DNA from: Anolis carolinensis
Taxonomy: Eukaryota
DNA length: 64,000 nucleotides
Direction: 5' to 3'
Assembly: GCF_035594765.1 (NCBI RefSeq)
Contig: NC_085844.1
Span: forward strand, 226,316,107 to 226,380,106
Position 1 is the first letter of the stretch. The number at the start of each line of letters is the position of its first letter. This document shows, piece by piece, positions 1-11,357 of the stretch. The notes below the pieces were generated by a model. It was not told the DNA's origin and did not search any database. It saw nothing but the letters and a program-made list of their open reading frames with translations. A program made the translations under genes and the position numbers.

Positions 1-1027
1 GCTCGTTGTTTCCTGATAAAAGACCCATGTAAATTTGCCCATGCTTCCAAAAAAACATTACTTTGAAATATTTTGCTTCTTCCTTCCTGAAACACCATAT
101 ATTTCCATGTCACCAATGTTTAGCTAGAAACTTATTTTTCATTTCTGCCCCCCAAAAGGTTGCATTGGGAGGAAGATCTATTTAATGCAAAATATGAGTA
201 AGATATGTATTATACAGGATAATAACCAAAGCCACTTGATAGAAGGAAAGAAGGGCTGGCAAAAGGCATATGCCTGAACATTTCTTCTTCTGCCTCTGTA
301 GTTTGATTACAAATTTGGATTATGCTTCTATTGATAGGTTTTCCCTAAAAACTTATTTATATGATTTGGCCAGACTTTGTATTATATCCCTTGACTGATT
401 TTACCACCCAATTTCTTCTTAGATTTTCACTTTCTGAGTAAAATATTGTTATCATTTGATCAAAATGTCCAATTCCTGTTCACTTTAACACATTCATTCC
501 AAACACAGCAAAGAATGTATTTCTTGTTTTTCAATGTCTACCTTGCCCATTCATGCTTCTCACATTTTATGTTCCTGCAATATGTATTGTGTAACTTCAG
601 ACTTTATTTTGACTTCTGAACCCAACAATAGCTGAATGTTCCTTTGGCTTGAGTCCAACTCCTAATTAGACACAGTTATTCATGTTTGTTCTCTGCTCTT
701 TCAAGGAGCTGTGGAGTGTCTTCCAGTCTGGGAATCTCATCTTCTGGTCCTATCTCATGTTTTATTTTGGATGGTTTCAGTACAGTGTTTTCTGGTAAAA
801 GACTCTTAAAGGGACTATTACCATGCTACCTTCAGTTCACCGTTCTGTATTAACAATGGTGCCATTGCTGTTATCTGTAAGGGGCCCTTTTCCAGCATCC
901 CGCTCTGCACCATTGCTGCTGCTCAGTATGTTAGTTTACTGCCTTCTAACTCCCAACAAGAAGACAGGTATTACATGAGGCTCATAATATCTCAGTCACA
1001 GTTCTATGATCTGTAATATGCGTAAGA

Positions 1028-1333
1028 AGGTCGAGTATCCCTTATCTGAAATACTTAGGACCAGAAATTGGATTTTCCCCCCCAGATTTTGGAATGTTTG
1101 CATTTACACAATGAAGTGTCTTGGAGATGGGAGCCAAGTCTAAACACAAAAATCATGTATGTTTCATATACATTCATACGCATAGCCTGAAGGAAATGTT
1201 GTATATAATACTATTAATAATTTTGTGAATGAAAGAAAGTTTGCATACACTGAACCACTAGGAAGCAAAGGTGCCACTACCTCAGCCACCTATATGGACA
1301 ATTTTGGAGCATTTCAGATTTTTAGATAAGGGA
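1028..1333 (+). mobile_element. Non-autonomous Tc1/Mariner-Tigger element (Tigger4/MER46-like)
   Basis: Begins aggtcgagtatcccttatc and ends gataagggat (degenerate TIRs); homologous along its length to the copy at 30243-30584; resembles the recalled Tigger4/MER46 end sequence. Confidence 0.7.
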
Positions 1334-1573
1334 TTTTATTTTCCTGAATTGGCAGGATAGTCTCTTAGATGTTCACAATGTCAAAGTTTAATACATTTTG
1401 AAACAAATAGTCATTCAGAAAGATATAAGGTACAGTCTGGCAAAAAGCTGCAACAAACTTCTATATTTCCAATTTTAAAAGAATCAGCAATCATACTACA
1501 CTTGAGAATGCCAAAACAATGGCTAACTAGGAATCATCTGCTCCTGAGAGTGGGTGTCATACACTGGTATTCC

Positions 1574-2162
1574 CAGGGCCGGCCGGAGAAAAATTAAAAT
1601 ATTAAGAGGGGGTGGGGAAAAGCGCCCCCCCCCCGCCGGCGCCGCGGGAGGCGTGGCCATGTGTCGCGGGAGGCACATGGCCCCGCCTCCCGCGGTGCCG
1701 GCGGGCCCCGCCTCCCGTGCCCTGGCCCCGCCTCCCGCCCAGCGTCCCCTGGCCCCGCCTCCCACGCAGCGTGGGAGGCAGGGTCAGGGCTAGTAGCGTG
1801 GGAGGCGGGGCCAGGTTGGCCCTGCCTCCCGCCCAGCATGCCCTGGCCCCGCCTCCCACGCAGCGTGGCAAGGGCAAGGCCTGCCAGGCCACAAGGCCAG
1901 CTAGACCAGGGCGCACTGGGCGGGAGGCGGGGCACCGTCAGGGCGGTGCCCCGCCTCCCGCCCAGCTCAGATCGGCCATGTCGCCCTAAGTTGCTGGACG
2001 CAGGCGCAGATCGGCCAGCCGATCTGCGCCTGCGTCCAGCAACTTCAGCGCTTTGCAGTTTGGCGCGGCGCGGCGGCGCACTGTCGAGGCGTCGACAGCG
2101 CCCCCTAGCGGTGTGCGCCCGAAGCGGCAGCTTAACCGGCCTCATAGGTTAAACCGGCCCTG
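1574..2162. mobile_element. GC-rich non-autonomous hAT element
   Basis: TIRs cagggccgg...ccggccctg; perfect 8-bp TSD ggtattcc (1566-1573 and 2163-2170); many internal ggccccgcctccc repeats in both orientations. Confidence 0.9.
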
Positions 2163-3104
2163 GGTATTCCCAAATTCAATGACTAAAAAATTGAAATGTT
2201 GCTATTAGGAGTAGAAAAATTGCTTATAGAACAAATGGATAAGGCAGTTGCTTCAAATTATGTCTTTTAAATACGCATCTATTAAAAGAAGGATATTCTA
2301 TAGTTTGAAAGCTTGAAAGTTTCTCAAGTAAGCCACTATTATAGATCATAATTATGCAAACCTCTATCACAATTTATATGATCACTGAATATTTGGGGTG
2401 TTCAAATCTTGTAAAATTGGCAGAAACATCATTACAACTGAATAAGCAGAATTCATCTGGACTGATTAATGGCATTCTGAGAGATGCTCATCTCCACAAT
2501 CGTGCACTCATGGCTCATTCTAAATATGGGTGGTTCAGAGATCATTCTTAGTCTCTTGCCAACTGGCCAGATGTGCATCTATCTGAATACATTAAAATGA
2601 AGAAATCAATTTAGTGTTCTGGTTGAAAAGGGAAAGTCTGCAAAAGATCATAGACCAATATTTAGGCAATAATTCTACTCACATCAAGTATTATTGCACA
2701 ACATAACAGAACAGAGAAAACTGAATTTAAGGAAAAGTAAGGCCAAGACCTATTCTTACTAGTTTCTCCTACTCGGCACTTGTCAAATGTGCCTGCTGCC
2801 TTGAGACCATGGAATGACATAACTCCCTAGAAAAAGCCCCATGTTAGTCCCTATAAAATAAACATTTATATAGAACTCTACCTCATTTTCATACTACTAC
2901 AACTATTGCTGTTTTATAGTGAATAAAGGCTCTGCCACCTACTGACAACTATGTAAGACATAACAGGCATACCAAGTTCCAGGCTTCTTTAATATTTGCC
3001 TCTAGATATAACAATATATTTCTTTTCAGGACAAGGGTAAAGAAACATCAACTACATGCTAGCAAGTGCATTTTTCAACTAAATGACTTGGAAAACAGGA
3101 CAGT

Positions 3105-3690
3105 GCATGCAGATGACACCAAATTAGGACAGATAGCTAATATCTCAGAGGGCAGAATCAAGATTTGAAATCACTTTAACAAGAACTAGGGCACCACTAA
3201 CAGAAAGAATGTCTATAGGAGTAAATGTAAAGTGTTAAATCTAGGCAGGAAAAAATGAAATGAACAAATATATATAAAGGGAGACACATGGCTTGAGAAC
3301 AGTACACATGAAAAGAATCTAGAGGTCTAAATAAGAACCAACAATATGATGAAGCTGCTTCAGGAACCAATATGATTCTATTATGTATTAACAGAAGTGT
3401 AATATTCACATCAAGGGAAGTCACAGTCCCATTGTTTTCAGCTTTCGTCAGACCTAATGTGAAATAATGTGTCAAGTTGTGGATATCACAGTTCAAGAAG
3501 GATATTGAAAAACTGGATTATGTCCAAAGAAGAGTAGTAGCTATTTTTAAATATCTGAAAGCATGCCTTGCAGAAAATGGAGCAAGCTTGTTTTCTATGG
3601 CTCCAGGGACTAGGACAGCCCTTTAAATTGCTGTACACTCCCAAAACATAGGACAATATCTTTCCCCATAACCGTGATATTAACAAGTAG
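3105..3690 (+). mobile_element. Old CR1 LINE fragment (RT C-terminal region)
   Basis: gcagatgacaccaaattagga encodes ADDTKLG; downstream sequence parallels the younger CR1 at 25124-25749 (cagttcaagaaggatattgaaaaactgga, gagcaagcttgttttct); many stops. Confidence 0.7.
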
Positions 3691-4810
3691 AAGTAAAAGA
3701 ATCATTACTCTGATTGTAGGAAAAGTGTTTGAAACTTCCTATGCTGTGATTTTTAGTGACACACTGCTGACACGTGTCTAAAACCTGGTATCAAAAACAT
3801 TGAAGAAAATAGAAAAATGGGGATAGGGGGCTTCAGCATTTTAAAATACTATGTTGCGCCTTCTCTGAAATTATGGACAAGAAGGCAAGACAGCTTGTAG
3901 GACCATATTTATTTTGTGTGTACTAAGGGGGAAAATTGAAAAAGACTTATGATAACCTTGTGACTTAAGATTCATTGTTGAGTGAATAGCATATCCACAA
4001 AGTATTTTATGTAATTATAATTTGCATACTCTAGACACACTGGTGTTAAATTCTATCAGCATTTTATGGGTTTGGAACAATTGATAGTTCAGAATCTGAG
4101 TCATGATTGGAAGGAACTTGGAAGGAAATATAACACCAAATGCAAGTGCAAGAATTCACACGGAAAGTATGCCCTCTATGAGGTTGTCTCACAACCTCAG
4201 CTTTAAAATTGTGGAGAATCACCAACCTTTAAGGCAGTCTTCCTTGTGATCTTGCTGTTTATGATAAAGATATGAAGACTGTAATGTGGATTAATATGTT
4301 GCACAAAAACCCTTTCTCAATCTGGAATTTAAACTCATTTTTCGTTCTGTAGTCATAGCAACAACATGAAAAACAAACACAGAAAACAGCATTCAATTGG
4401 GAAAAATTCCAAACAGAAACAGAAAGAAAAAACTAAAAGGGTATTAAGAGAGGTCTGAAGAGCACACAGACATGACATCCTGAGTAGTAACCACTGCAGT
4501 CTCAGTAGTTCCCTTTAAGGCCACCCAGGCTAGTAGCTATCACTCTTATGTGCTATGTACGTCCTTTCAGCTTTCCTGAGTCTCCCAGTACAGGTTAAGT
4601 CTCCCTTATCTGGAAATCTGAAATATAACAAAAAACCAAAACCTTTTTGCCACTCACATGTGCCCTTGAAGAAAGGAAGCTAGTCATACGCCTGGCACTA
4701 GATACATTTTTCATCAAGGTGTCCTGATAGGGACAAGAAGAATGGAAGGATTCTGTTTACACGTTTCCTCCAGAACATCTCTGGAAATCCACCTCAGATA
4801 CATCTAACAA

Positions 4811-5406
4811 AGGCATGGGCAATTTTTTTTTTTGCCTACGGGCATCATTGTGGGTCTGATCAAGAGAGCCGGGCCAGGAGGGGAGAGGGTGGCCAGGCAA
4901 ACGCTGGTGGGAAGGGCTAAGGAGGGAGAGGGCATGTAAGAGGGTGGGGCCGGGAGGGAGTGAGGCAGGACCCTAGTCATCCTCAGCCCATCCTTACACC
5001 AGGAGGACAGCAAAACATGCAGCAACTGCCCCGATCCTCCCCCTCCCTCCCAATCGTTTGTCTGTCCTCTTGGCATTATGCCAGGAGGACGGCGAGAGAG
5101 ACGACAGCCAAGAGCGCTCCGGGGGGCTTTCAGCCCCTGCGTACCTTCCTCTGGCTGTCCTCTCAGCATAAGGACGGGGGACCACTTGCCCATCCTTATG
5201 CCGGAAGGTCGACAAGACATGCAGTGGCTGAGAACACTCCAGGGGTCTCTCAGCTGCTGTGTGCCTTCCTCCCCCGTCCTTTCTGCATAAGGATGCTGGG
5301 GGAGGGGCACCGTGTCCTTATGCTAAGAAAACAGGGAAAAAGAGGAAGGCCTTAAGTAAGCCCCCCAAGGGGCTGCATCCGGCCCCAAGACCTTAGTTTG
5401 CCCATG
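4811..5406. mobile_element. Non-autonomous hAT-like element with internal repeats
   Basis: Ends ggcatgggcaa...ttgcccatg match the local hAT MITE termini; internal gcataagga/tccttatgc repeats in both orientations. Confidence 0.6.
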
Positions 5407-5764
5407 TATGATCTAACACAACTGCTATTATAGCTCTCAATTGCTACAGGGAAATGAGGCAATCAACAAATTATTTAAAAGTTTTTTTTTAAGTTTCAAA
5501 GTTTCAGAAGTATCAGTGTGAAGGCACGCTCAGGCTGCTCATTGTTCTTGTATTCCACGAACAAAACACCTTCAGGTATATCTCATGTCTGAACTACATC
5601 TTTGTTTAACATTTATTGATTGATTTCCTGGTTTACCAGGTTTACATCTCCCACATTCATATTTGGTACAGCTGACTGAAGTGCAGCATACCTCAGTTAA
5701 CATAGGCCCCTTCCACACAGCTGTATAAAATCCACCTTGAACTTAGATTAGCCCCCCACCATTC

Positions 5765-6425
5765 AATTCTTCCGTTCCAACCTGAAAACATGGATGTTCA
5801 GACAGGCCTTTCACCTTGAATAGGGTGAATGCCCCCATATGAAGCTGACACTTGGCACTTTGTGAATTGAGGGCAGTTATCTACTGTTGTTTCAAAATTG
5901 TATTACTTTTATTTTATGCTATATGTGTTGATAGAGTTGCTGTTACATTTTTATGTGACTTGTTTTAGACTTTTGTACCATATTTACCTGTTGTATGTTA
6001 TATGTGCACCCTGGAGTGCCTTGTAAGATGCCCCAAGTCCCTTCGGGGAGATGGTGGCGAGATAGCGTTCCCTCACTACTTCAAGGTTCGCTTTTCACAC
6101 CCTCGCTGTTTTGTGGGTTTTTAATAAACATTAAAATAATACTATAAAACATAAAATAATATATATCCCTTATAAATCCTTCTTTCTACTTCCTTCCTAA
6201 GTAGAAGCCTAAGGAAGGGAGTGAAAAGGAGGCTGAAGCAGCTGTTTTCGCCTCACAGGGCAGCGGCAGATGCGCGTGCTTGAGGGGCAAGAGGGGACAG
6301 AGACACTACTTTCAAACAACACAAATATAGCGTCCCTACTTCACGAATTTTCACTTTTTGCGGGTGGTCCTTAAACATAACATAAGGGAACACTGTATAA
6401 ATTAAGTGTATTACTATTATTATTC
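5765..6425 (+). mobile_element. L2-like LINE 3' end, interrupted by a Mariner-type MITE
   Basis: 3' terminal motif tgtaagatgccccaagtcccttcggggagatggtggcg at ~6022-6060; the (tta)-rich tail resumes after 6397. Confidence 0.55.
6063..6395. mobile_element. Tc1/Mariner-type MITE
   Basis: Inverted ends tagcgttccct...agggaacactg followed by ta. Confidence 0.6.
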
Positions 6426-6706
6426 TTGTCTTCTGTCTAGCTGAATGTTTTCTTTTAGTAGCATCATGATTGAGATATGATAGCAGGAGACATTGTTGGC
6501 ATCAGGTTGCAATGGTATGTCTGTAGTAAACAACAGAATTGAGCTTGAGCTGGGAAAGAGAAAGATTCCACTCCAGCTCATTTTTTTTCAGCTGTGTGTG
6601 CCTGCTTACAACAGGCAAGGTAAACAGCAGCTGCCTCCAGAATATTCTATTTAGCAAATGTCAGCAGCAAAACAGAGAAAGGAATAGACAGATAAATACC
6701 CTAAAG

Positions 6707-6805
6707 CAGTGTTTCTCAAACTCTGCTCCTCCAGGTGTTTTGGACTTCAGCTCCTAGAAATCCCAGCCAGCTTACCAGCTGTTAGGAATTGTGGGAGTGG
6801 AAGTC
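6707..6805. mobile_element. hAT MITE fragment
   Basis: cagtgtttctcaaac terminus; ccaggtgttttggact core shared with copies at 7869, 8405 and 11014. Confidence 0.6.
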
Positions 6806-7497
6806 ATAGAATCCAGTCCACCTCTGTCATGAAAGAACACACAATCAAAGCACTCCTGACAGATGGCCAACTAGCCATCTGTTTAAAAACCTGCAGAGAA
6901 GGAAACTCCATCTTTGGTTAGTTGATAGCACAAAGGAATACCTGGTGCTATATGCTGAAATACAGAGGAAGAAACTGGCAAAACCACTCCTGAGCATTCC
7001 TAGCCTAAGGAAACCCTATATAATTCATAGGGTTGCAATCAATTGGCAGATACACATACACATTTCTGCCTGTGGTATCAAATTTACTGTTGACAATGTA
7101 CTGTGCAGGAATACATCTACTTTGTTAATTGAGGTATATCCATAAAACATAACTGTTTGCCTTTCTCCATTCCTGACCAAACTCAACAGCAGAATCCACA
7201 ATACCAGCAGAGGCCCACATTAGTATAGTGGGCAATTGGCAGTCACTGTGATTCAGTTCCAAAAGTCCCATGATAGGAAATTCTGTGGATATACCAAAAT
7301 CTGTGGATGCTCAAATCTCATGATGTACAGTGGGGTCGTAAAATGATGAGTAAATAAATAAAATGGGGGGGGGGGATCTGGGTTTGGAATATTTTCTTAT
7401 AAAATATTTGAAACTGTGGATGACTGAATGTATGGATAAAGAAATGGTCAATGTGGAGGGCTGACGTTACCTCTTCCCCTGCTTCCATAAGACCCTG

Positions 7498-7648
7498 GGC
7501 CCTTCCACACAACCATATAACCCAAAATATCAAGGCAGAATAACCCACAATATCTGCTTTGAATTGGGTTATCTGAGTCCACACCCTGGCACATATCCCG
7601 GTTCAAAGTAGGTATGTGGGATTTTATTCAGTTGTGTGGAAGGGGCCC
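7498..7648. mobile_element. PIF/Harbinger-like MITE
   Basis: TIRs ggcccttccacaca...tgtgtggaaggggcc; a partial copy starts at 5705. Confidence 0.6.
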
Positions 7649-7868
7649 CTGACATTTTTTTCCTCATTTGGTGACAGAGAGAACCAGTCTGGTTTGAATG
7701 TTTTGGACTATGACTCTGAAGTCTAAATTTCCAATCAGCCATGGAAATCCACTGGTGACCTTAGGCAAGTTACACTCTCTGAGTGCATCTACATTGTAGA
7801 ATAAATGCAGCTGGGCACCACGTTAACTGCAGTGGTTCAATGAAATCCTGGGAGTTGTAGTTTTAGAG

Positions 7869-7965
7869 CAGTGGTTCCCAACCTTTGGGCCTTCAGGTGT
7901 TTTGGACTAACAGCTAGTAATCTGGAGGTCCAAAAACCTAGAGGCCCAAAGGTTGGGAACCACTG
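7869..7965. mobile_element. hAT MITE
   Basis: Long TIRs cagtggttcccaacctttgggcct...aggcccaaaggttgggaaccactg; 8-bp TSD ttttagag. Confidence 0.9.
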
Positions 7966-8020
7966 TTTTAGAGGATAGCCTTCTCTGCCAAAGAGTACAG
8001 GTGTCTCACCAAACTACAAT

Positions 8021-8320
8021 GGAGCCCCTGGTGGCGCAATTGGTTAAACCGTTGTGCCGACAGACTGCTGATTTGAAAGTTCGGTTGCTCACCTGAAAGT
8101 TGCTGGTTTGAATACAACATGGAGAGGGCGTGGATGAGCTCCCTATGTCAGCTCCTACTCCATGTGGGGACATGAGAGAAGCCTTCCACAAGGATAGTGA
8201 AACATGAAACAACCAGGCATCCCCTGGGTAACGTCCTTGCAGAAGGCCAATTTTCTCACACCAGAAGCAACTTGCAATTTCTCAAGTTGCTCCTGACATG
8301 GAACCCCCCCCCCAAAAAAA
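8021..8320 (+). mobile_element. tRNA-derived SINE (Anolis SINE2-like)
   Basis: tRNA-like head ggagcccctggtggcgcaattggttaaa; A-rich tail; TSD aaactacaa (8011-8019 and 8321-8329). Confidence 0.85.
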
Positions 8321-8404
8321 AAACTACAACTCCCATGATTCAAGAGTATTGAGCTATGGCAGTTAACGTGGGGTCAAACTGCATTATATGCTCAGTCTAG
8401 ACGG

Positions 8405-8541
8405 GTACGGGAAAACTTGGGCCTTCCCTCCAGGTGTTTTGGACTGTAACTTCCACAATTCTTAACAGCCGAAGCAGTTAGGAATTATGGGAATTGAAGT
8501 TCAAAACACCTGGCGGGAAGGCCCACGTCTGCCGATGCCTG
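8405..8541. mobile_element. hAT MITE (degenerate)
   Basis: ccaggtgttttggact...caaaacacctgg core; ends gatgcctg like the 11014-11137 copy. Confidence 0.55.
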
Positions 8542-8759
8542 CTGTAGACTAACTATATAATGCAGTTTCAGTGTAAATGTGGCCTCAAAAACTACTTGAA
8601 GGAACATAACAAAAACCTGGAAGACAGTATCCTGAGGCGCTTGGCCTATACATACTGTAGTAGTAACAACAGCAGCAACAACTTCCAATTTCCACAAGGT
8701 TCCGTCAACTCTGAAGGCCCACAGCAACCCAGCTCCCCCCACTGCTGTTCAGGGCTAGG

Positions 8760-9200
8760 AGTTGCCAGGCAAGGACGACCCAGACCCTGCCCTTTCTTCG
8801 CCCGCTTCCTCAGAGGCCGAGAACCCGCCCTCCTTCCTCCGACCAGTCGCCCCACTCACCCCATCAGGCAGGAGAGCCACTGCCGGAAGTGAACACCCCC
8901 ACCAGCAACAACAGGAAGTTACGACAGTGCGCGTGCGCAGAACGAGCTGGTCTGTGTTTCCCCGCCTAGCGCCCTTTCGTCTCTGTCATTCTCTCTTGTG
9001 TAATCAGGGACGGGTCGGAGGACGCATGCGCACAAAGCCCTCTCCGTCTTGTTTTAATCTTGCCTCATCCGGGTCCTTCGTGTACTAAGGACTTTCGAGC
9101 ACGCCGCGGGATTCGCCCGATTTCCGAGTAAGTATGGGCTTCTGCGGCCTCCGTCGCTCCTGATTCTTCTCCTCAGAGGGCAAAGAGCGGCTTAATGCCT
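8760..9200. promoter_or_regulatory. OSER1 CpG-island housekeeping promoter
   Basis: CpG-rich; ETS/GABP sites ccggaagtg (8883-8891) and caggaagt (8912-8919); NRF1-type sites tgcgcgtgcgca (8928-8939) and cgcatgcgca (9023-9032); no TATA seen. Confidence 0.75.
9040..9127 (+). other. OSER1: Probable noncoding exon 1 of OSER1 (start approximate)
   Basis: Strong donor ga|gtaagt at 9127/9128 immediately downstream of the NRF1/ETS cluster. Confidence 0.6.
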
Positions 9201-9442
9201 GGTCATTCCTCGCATTCACCGACCTCCCCCAGTTTTCTGAGAGGCCTTTTTGGTTAATAGGCCTTCAGCCGCCAAAACCCACGAATTTCCTCTAAAGATA
9301 TGGGAATCTTTCAATGAAAGGTAATAATGTGAGTGTAGAAGTATTCCTCATGCTACACTCCACAGGTGAATCTTCCTTCAGTGAGACTGTTTCATTGAAA
9401 GGCTTCACTTGCTGAATGACATTCTTCCAAACATAATGGAAA

Positions 9443-10520
9443 TGGGTTGCTGTGAGTTTTCCGAGCTGTATGGCCATATTCCAGAAGCATTCCCGCCTGA
9501 CGTTTCGGCCACATCTATGGCAGGCATCCTCAGAGGTTGTGAGGTACATTGGAAACTAGACAAGGTTTATATATATATCTGGAATGTTCAGGGTGGGAGA
9601 AAGAACTCTTGTCTGTTTGAGGCAAGTGTGAATGTTGCAGTTAATCACCGTGATTAGCATTGAATAGACTTTCAGCATCAAAGTCTGGCTGCCTACTGCC
9701 TGGGGGAGTCCTTTGTTGGGAGGTGTTAGCTGGCCCTGATTGCGTCTTGTCTGGAATTCCCGTCTTCTGAATGTGGTTCTCTATTTACAGTCCTGATTTT
9801 AGAATTTAATATGGCTAGCCAGGTTTTGTTCATTTTCATGGTTTCCTCCTTTCTGTTGAAATTGTTCACATGCTTTTGGATTTTAATGCCTTCTCTGTGT
9901 AGTCTGACGTGGTGGTTGTTAGAGAGGTCCAGGATTTCTGTGTTCTCAAATAATATGCTGTGTCCAGGTTGGTTCAAGTGCTCTGCTATGGCTGACTTCT
10001 CTGGTTGAGTTAGTCTGCAGTGCCTTTCATGTTCCTTGACTCGTGTTTGGGCTCTGCGTTTCGTGGTCCCTATGTAGACTTGTCCACAGCTGCATGATAT
10101 ACAGTAGACTCCTGCAGAGGTGAGAGGATCCCTTTTGTCCTTTGCTGAATGTAGCATTTGTTGGATTTTCTTTGTGGGTCTGTAGGTAGTTTGTAGGTTG
10201 TGATTCTTCATCAGCTTCTCTATGTGGTCAGTGGTTCCCTTGATGTATGGTAAGAACACTTTTCCTCTGGGTGGATTTTTGTCTTTACTCATGTGGCTTG
10301 TTCTTGGTCGTGCAGCTCTTCTGATGTCTGTGGTGGAGTTTCCCCCACGCTGGATCTTCCACAGATATATAAACCTCCCTTGTCTAGTTTCCACAACCTC
10401 TGAGAATGCCTACCATAGATGTGGGTGCAACGTCAGGAGAGAATGCTTCTGAAACATGGTCTACAGTCTGGAAAACTCACAGCAACCTAGTAATTTCGAC
10501 CATTAAAGCCTTCGACAACA
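9443..10520 (-). mobile_element. 5'-truncated Penelope-like element with GIY-YIG endonuclease remnant and inverted pLTR
   Basis: ORF 9726-10394(-) contains GVYCISCSCGQVYIGTTKR...RVKEH; terminal segment ~9444-9585 is repeated in inverted orientation at ~10355-10488. Confidence 0.9.
9496..9536 (-). ncRNA. Minimal hammerhead ribozyme motif in the Penelope pLTR
   Basis: Minus strand reads CCU CUGAGGA U GCCUGC CAUAGAU GUGGCC GAAA CGUC AGG: core boxes intact, stem I CCU/AGG. Confidence 0.7.
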
Positions 10521-11013
10521 CACTTGTTTTAGTATAATATACGAATAGTGCTGCATTCAACAGAGGAAGCTTTACTCAGTATAATATTTATTCTGTAGGA
10601 TTTTGCCTGCTTATTTATTTATTTCGTGTCAAAAGCATTGTACAACAAATACATTTCAAATAATGGAAATATGTCTGCGCTCACAATGTTTCTCTATAAA
10701 GTCATGAAAATATTTCTGCCTTGGGTTCCACTTGTTGGGAAATTCTCCCAAAAATAGCACAGTATCCAAAAATATAAACAAGATATTTTATTGAACAGTC
10801 AGCTCACATCAAGCAGGAAGATGAAGTGTTGTGTGGCTGCAAGAGGATTTTTGAGTTTAGCAGGCAAAGATTCAGAGTTCAATCTTTAAAGTTACCAAAA
10901 ACGTTTATTTACAAAATATAAGAGCTACATTCCTTGATAGGAAATAATTGGGTCTAAGCTTCACACTAACTCCATAACGTCTAAGTTTCAAAACCTGTTG
11001 ATATACTCTATAA

Positions 11014-11137
11014 CAGGCATGGGCAAACTTGAGTCCTCCACATGTTTTGGACTTCAACTCTGACAATTCCTAACAGCCAGTAGGAATGTGGGAGTGAAGT
11101 CCAAAACACCTGGAGGGCTGAAGTTTGCCCATGCCTG
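11014..11137. mobile_element. hAT MITE
   Basis: TIRs caggcatgggcaaactt...aagtttgcccatgcctg; 8-bp TSD ctctataa. Confidence 0.9.
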
Positions 11138-11357
11138 CTCTATAAGCTAGCTAGCATTGCTCTCCCCCCCCCCCCCCCCAATGTGCGACAGGAAGTTGCT
11201 GTCAACTGTGAGAAAAATAATGTTGAATACTGTGAAAGCCACTGCATGGCTATCAGCCTCCTCCCACTAGACTCAAATCAAGGAAAGTTTCATGAGAACC
11301 ACCACTCCTCTTAATGTTTGTTCAGCAACAGCAAGAATATATTTGTGGGCAGCAAAA

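Larger units (their letters stand above)
7782..8404. mobile_element. Palindromic Harbinger-like MITE split by two insertions
   Basis: Left arm gtgcatctacattgtagaataaatgcag and right arm aaactgcatt...tagacg; same family as the intact copy at 46287-46500. Confidence 0.6.

Noticed and set aside
1678-1965. Repeat-spacer pattern that looks like a CRISPR array
   Set aside because: Vertebrate DNA; repeats are short, in mixed orientation with irregular related spacers, and lie inside a transposon.
1523-2152. Six overlapping Pro/Gly/Arg-rich ORFs
   Set aside because: By-product of the GC-rich repeats of a hAT element with TIRs and a TSD; no recognisable domain.
4804-5355. ORFs of 131-168 aa
   Set aside because: They lie within a repetitive hAT-like element and have no coding hallmarks.
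8021-8110. Possible tRNA genes at SINE heads (also ~11500, ~15080, ~52720)
   Set aside because: A/B boxes continue into SINE bodies; no complete cloverleaf.
1-8700. GDAP1L1 exons expected by synteny on the minus strand
   Set aside because: No recognisable GST-like coding sequence was seen.
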